From Chlamydiota bacterium (lineage in GTDB: Bacteria; Auribacterota; JACPWU01): DNA of 32,000 nt. The position numbers and the translations under genes are program-made. The notes beneath the pieces are model-generated. The model was not told where the DNA came from. It worked only from the letters and a program-made list of their open reading frames with translations, and did no database searches. How positions within the stretch are numbered: the stretch's first letter is position 1; every line of letters begins with the position of its first letter. Positions 25,101 to 31,100 of the stretch are shown in pieces. The stretch lies in assembly GCA_016196885.1 (NCBI GenBank), contig JACPWU010000042.1, positions 9,724 to 41,723 on the forward strand. The letters are read 5' to 3'.

Positions 25101-28100
25101 AATGGATTCCTTTGGATGGGTTGATTGGATATCTGAGGCAGGTGACAGGGGAGACAGGTGGGCGGGATTATGGAGAATGGTTTGATCATCCTGAAAGTTT
25201 AGCGCAGGCAGTTCAATCTTTTGGAGGAGAACCGGCTCGTGTGGGTCCTTTGATTCATCAGCAGTCGGACTATGAGAATCAGGCGGCGGTTGAGCTTGTG
25301 GCCAATGGGATTGACGCTATGCTGGCTCTGGCCCAAGGAAAATTTCCAATCGGTCGGTTTGGAGTGGGAGCCTTTCAGGTATTGCAGGAATTGGAACATG
25401 AAGATGATGAAGTGGTTTGGACCAGCTCTCGTGATGGCATAACGGCCTGGCGGGTTACGGTAAAGCTCAAGGACAATCGTTACGTCGTTCGTTTTAGCAA
25501 AGTTACTCAGGGTGTTAGCCAAGGAACAAAAGTTCAAGTGCATCATCAGCTCTATGCAAAAAAACAGCAGAAAGACCTTAAGGATTACTTGGAGGAAAAA
25601 CTGCGCTATAACAATAAAGTAAAGATCATGGTGAATGGAGTACATATTAATTCTCTAGAGGGTCTTACCTATCAAAATGGTGGGAGCCTCAACTATGAAA
25701 TGGCGGGCCAGATTAATATCCTCATCGATGAACATGGATACATTGTTACGGATGATGGAACGGGTATGGATGCTGAGGCCATTTATACGAAATTGCTGCT
25801 TCCCAGGGTGGGTCAAGGATATCGAGGAAAACCGGACGGTGAAAGTAGTGCAGACCATACCCGTCTCTTTTACCGCCAAAGTGAGAAGAGTCCAAGAGAG
25901 AAGACAAAGGTACGTGTAGGAATATTGGTCAGTGGCGTCCAGATCGAAGGATTTGAAATTGAAGGATATAACCTACCTCAAGATTTTGTTCTGGAGCTGC
26001 CCTATTGGACGCACTTGACGGAAGGCCGGAACAAAATCTCGCTGGATGAGTTGACGCTCGAGGCCTTGGAGATCACACTTGACAAGATCTTTCATGCACC
26101 GTCAAATCTTCAGCCTCAGCTTGTCAATGCCTATGCGCTTCTATTAAAACATTTTGCTGAGGACTCTGCGAGAAGAGACCTTGTAGAGGAATTAAAAATA
26201 ATATTTATTCAAAAAATTGGGAATTGGAAAAAGGCTCAACCAAACAAAATATGTCTTCCCAATGAAGAAGGGTTTATGGCCGTTCAGCTTCCAGAGCATT
26301 ATGAAGCAAATTATTTAGACACTTGGGCAAATCCTCTGAGGCCTCAAGAAATTGTGGGGGTCCAAAAGGTGAAAGAATGGAGAAGCAATCGAGGATATAG
26401 CTTATGGACCATTCCCATGGCGGATGCCAAAGACCCCTATTTTATCAGTGGAAAGTATATTTTTGTTGATGAGAGTCTATATAGAACGCAAGAAGATGTG
26501 CCTGCTGCTATAGATCTTGTCGTGAATCCCGTAGATGTGGATTATGGCATTCCAGAAGAACCCTATGGAAGTTTGGAGCCTGCGGAAGAATCTATAAAAA
26601 TAAAGACTCTCGCAGAGAAGACAAAATCAGAAGTGATGGCTCCAGATCTTCAAGAAAAATGGGATGCACTTCTAGGTTTATCCTCCAGCCAAAAAAGAGA
26701 GGTAAGAGAGTTCATTCGACACTATGGCCCCGAAAATCATGAGGCTGTTATGAAATGGCTCGAAAGACTTCAATCATTTTCCAATCTTGACGGATGGACG
26801 GAGGTCTTTTCAAAAATATTGCCTGGAAACATGAGAATGGATTCTAAAAAAAGAGAAGGGCAGGGATTTTACTTTATCGGAACTCCATTCCAAATGGGAG
26901 AAAAGTGGTGTGTCGTGGTATGCCAAAAAAAGGAAGAGCCTCGTAAACTTGCCGAGATCAATCCTGCCAATGGTTACATCACAGTCCCGAAAGGAGCAAC
27001 GGGATTCTACAATATCAGGACACCTTTTAGAGCCGGAGAAAATTGGTTTGTAACGGTAGAACGAGAAAAAGACGGTCCTCAATCCTTTGCGAAAGTAGAT
27101 TTGGCAACGGGCTTAGTCGAGCTTTCTCGGGGAGCAAATGGGTTTTTATCTATTGGAAAACCGGTTCAGATAGGACAAAAGTGGTTTGTCATAACGGGTG
27201 GTCAACACGGTTACATTGCATCCCTTGCCAGGTTTGATCCTGAAACTGGGATTGTCAAAGTTCCTGATGGAGCAAATTCTTTTAATGGCATGTCAGAGCC
27301 CTTTCAAATGGGAAATCAATGGTTTGTAAATGTCACGATTGTGAATTTACAAAGTTTGCATGCCATTGCTCGTATTGATGAAGAAAGAGGAATCGTAGCG
27401 GTACCTGATGAATTAGGCAATTTTGACATAGTTGAAACCCCGTTTGAAATTGGGAATAAATGGCATGTGATTGTAAAAAAAGAGGGTTTTTATACCCTAG
27501 CTAAAGTGGATCCTGGCAGCGGTCAAATCACGGTTCCTGAGGATGCCAATGGGTATTACTATGTCAATGGACCTATTCGAATTGGTAAAAATTGGTTTGT
27601 CCAAGTTCAGAAAGAAAAGGATGGACCGCATACACTGGCGAAAATAGATTTTCGGGATGGGTCAATAATATTACCCAAAAGGGAAACGACGAATTTTCGT
27701 TACATTGACAGTCCATTCCAAATAGGAGAGAAATGGTTTGTCGGGGTAGGAGGCCATCCAAGTAATTTAGGGTCTGCTTTTGCTTCTGTCGATCCTGAGA
27801 CAGGAGAAATATCATTACCCTCTTCATGGGTAGAAGCAATAGATCATTTTGGTTCTATACTGGATCAGAAAACTTGCATTCAAATAGGAGAAAAGTGGTA
27901 TGCGAAAGTTGGGGAAGGAGTTAGAGGCCCCTGGACACTTGCCGAAGTAGATCCCAATACGGGTCGCATCACGATCCCTGGGCATGCGCAGTGGTTTTCT
28001 ATTATTCGAGTGCCCTTTCAGTTAGGCACAAAATGGGTTGTGGAGGTTTCTGAAAAATTAACAGATCCGCATGCATTTGCTGAGGTTGATCCTGAAAATG

Positions 28101-31100
28101 GGCTTATGAGAATTCCATATGGAGCAAGGTATTTAAAGTCTATAAATGGCCCCTTTAGCCTTGTCGAAAAACAGTATCTCCATGCGAAAGAAAATTCTTA
28201 TGATGATTCTGAATTTATGATTTCTATTTCCGCAACCCCGTTCAGGCAAGGAGAGTGGGGAGAGTTAGAGTTTAGCACGGTAGAAAAATCTCTTCGGGAG
28301 TTGTACATTCTGTTTCATGATGTCCCCGGGTCTCGCGAAAGGTATTTAGAAAATCTATTTTATCTACCCGCCAGGTTTTCCGATCTTTTTGAGAGCGATT
28401 TCTTTCATAGACTCTTGGCCTTATTCCCGACGGATCTACTACAGCATTTGAGTCCCAAAACCGCTGGGGTTCTTACAGGAGTTTTAAAAACGATGACAAC
28501 CTCACGTGTTCAAGGATCGTTTCTTTCCTTTTTTGATCGTGTCGATCTGGGCAGCCTAAATGAGACGGCGCTTGAGGCTGTGATTCATCGTTGGGTGAGC
28601 ATCTGGAATATTGTGGGATCAAATGTGAATGCAAGGAATAGCCTATTGGAGGGGCTGGAGCGTTATCCAGATTTTCTATCCTCTGAATTTGATGTGCAAG
28701 GAGTCCAAGATCTTTCTCTTATGCTGTATATGTGGATACTAAGAGGGGAAGAAGAAGGTATGGGGGAAAAAAAGAGCCCGCATTTGACACGTAGAGATAT
28801 CACTAGATCTATAACTGATATTCCTCTTGCTAAAATTATTCAAGCTTATCGGGAAAATCCCTCAGGAGTTCGTGGCATTCAATCTCTGGCAGATTATGAG
28901 CAATATCTTCAAGCTGTTCAGAAAAAGAAAACGGATGCGGTAGAAAGTGAAATTGCTTCCGCTCAAGAAGGGCAAGATACCACCGATCAACTTTATTTAA
29001 GAGAAAATGTTCAAAACGCTCGAGATGCCATGGATGAAAAAGAGATAGAGGGCCCTGTTGAAGTGGATAGCTATATTGAAAAAGGGACTGAAAATTGGGT
29101 GGTCTCAGTGGAAGACAAGGCGGGAACGGATATTGGGACATTTTTGAGTGATTTTTTTGTGCCCGATCTTACGACAAAGAAGGGAAAGGGGCTTGCGGGG
29201 ATTATGGGTCAAGGGGTTTACACCAACTTCCTTGACTTTGATGAACTGCGAATCAAGACAGGAACAGGGAAGAACGGAAAGGCCTATTACGCCGTTCTTC
29301 ATAGGGATAGATCGGGAAAGATTATTTTAAAAAGCCTTGAAGAGGTCAATGATTCTTATCAAGGGACGAGGATAGAACGGGTCAAACGACAGTGGAATAT
29401 TGAAGAATCTGCTGTTTGGAATGCATTAACCGCTTCGAATCTCAGGCGATATGTGGGAGGTGTGAGTGATCGAGAAATTCTTTTTAGAGGGAATCGTATG
29501 AATGATCCACTGACTGTCTTAAGCGAAGTGAAGACAAAATGGGGGACCTTATCCATCAAGCTAAGCAAGGCAGGGTATCGCCGTGTGACTCAAAAGGGCC
29601 TCTACCTTCAAACTCCGAATGAAGAATATCTGGCCCTTGTTCCAGAAAAATACAAGAAAATGCTCTTGGAAAGGGGGCTCAATATTGATTTACCTCCAGA
29701 ACTTTCACTCACCCGTTCCAGAACGACCCTGGCTAAAAAAGGGAAAAACAAGAAGGCCATTCAGCAAGCCGTTGCCAAGGGCGTACTAGAAGCAATCGTC
29801 AGGCTTTATCTCGAAGAAGGAGTCATCCCGCCGGGCCTTTCGGAAGACTATTTTGATTCTCCTGTGATTCATGGAGGAGGGCTCACAAATTTTGAACGAT
29901 ACGCCCGTGAGGCCGTTGGAACTTTTGGAGAGGGAAAAGAAGTGAAGGGGGATGCAAATTTTATCAATCAAGGAAAATGGGCCCAAGTCAAGTTTGAAAA
30001 ATATCTTATTCAAGAAAAAGATTCGGACGAATTAAAAGAAAAGAAGAGCCGATCCTTGGCTTATCTCATGAGTCTTATTGAGGTGGAGCAGGGAGGGGAG
30101 ACGACTTCTCTTGAAAAAATGCGGCAGACATTTTTAAATGCGATGAGAGGTAAACAAAGTGTGGAGTCTCTAAAATCAAAACATCGGGGTCTAGAGAAAT
30201 ACCTAAAGCAATCAGAAGAACTTGTGAATAGAAAAGTGGCTGCGATCGACACTCCGCGAAGAGATATTGATTTGAAGAAAGAAGAACCCTATCCGGGGGT
30301 AAGAAAATTTGTGGAATTGACACAAATTGGATTACAAGCCCTAGGTCGCAGCGACATTCAGGTAGGAGTTTACGAACGGGAAGAGTCTCGATTAGCGGAC
30401 TTTGGAGATCATCTCCTGATGTGGAATTTACTTAGGATAAAGACTGAGCTTGCGGCTTTAAATAACATTCTTTCGGGCGAAGCTAGCGCAATAGAAAAGA
30501 ACAAGTTCTTTAGGTGGTTTCTACATTACCTTACCCATGAACTCTCCCATTTTGCTGATCAAGGAAAGGCCTCACATCAGAAAGATGACTCTCTTGTGGG
30601 CCTCTTGGCATGGAATCAGAAAGAACTATTGAAGAAATTCCTAAATGCCAAGTTGTCATGGGATGAGATAGAGAGAAGACTTAATTCCGGGGACACAGTA
30701 TTTAATTCTGCCACCTCAGAAGCTGGAATGGCCCCGCTGATGAGTCTTGTACTGAATTGGTTTGGGATTCCACGTGAAAAGCAAGCGGGGTATGAGCAGG
30801 TGGGTTATTTAGCAGCATTTATCATCATTGTTGCAAGTATAGTTGCTTCGACACCATTATTGATGCAAGGCTTTTTGGGGATGATGGGGGTGGCGGGAAT
30901 TTTTATTTTGATTCATCCCTTGAGTTATTTCGTCATACGAATTTTTGAAAAATTATTGGGCTGTCAGCTGATGCCTCAAGGGCCGCCTCTCAAGGGGATG
31001 GTTCTGGGCGCAATGAAAGTGGCCTTGGCGAACACCCTTTCCCTCATTCCTGCTTACCTTCTCTACATGAATTCTCATCCAGCTCTTGCGATCGTTGCGC

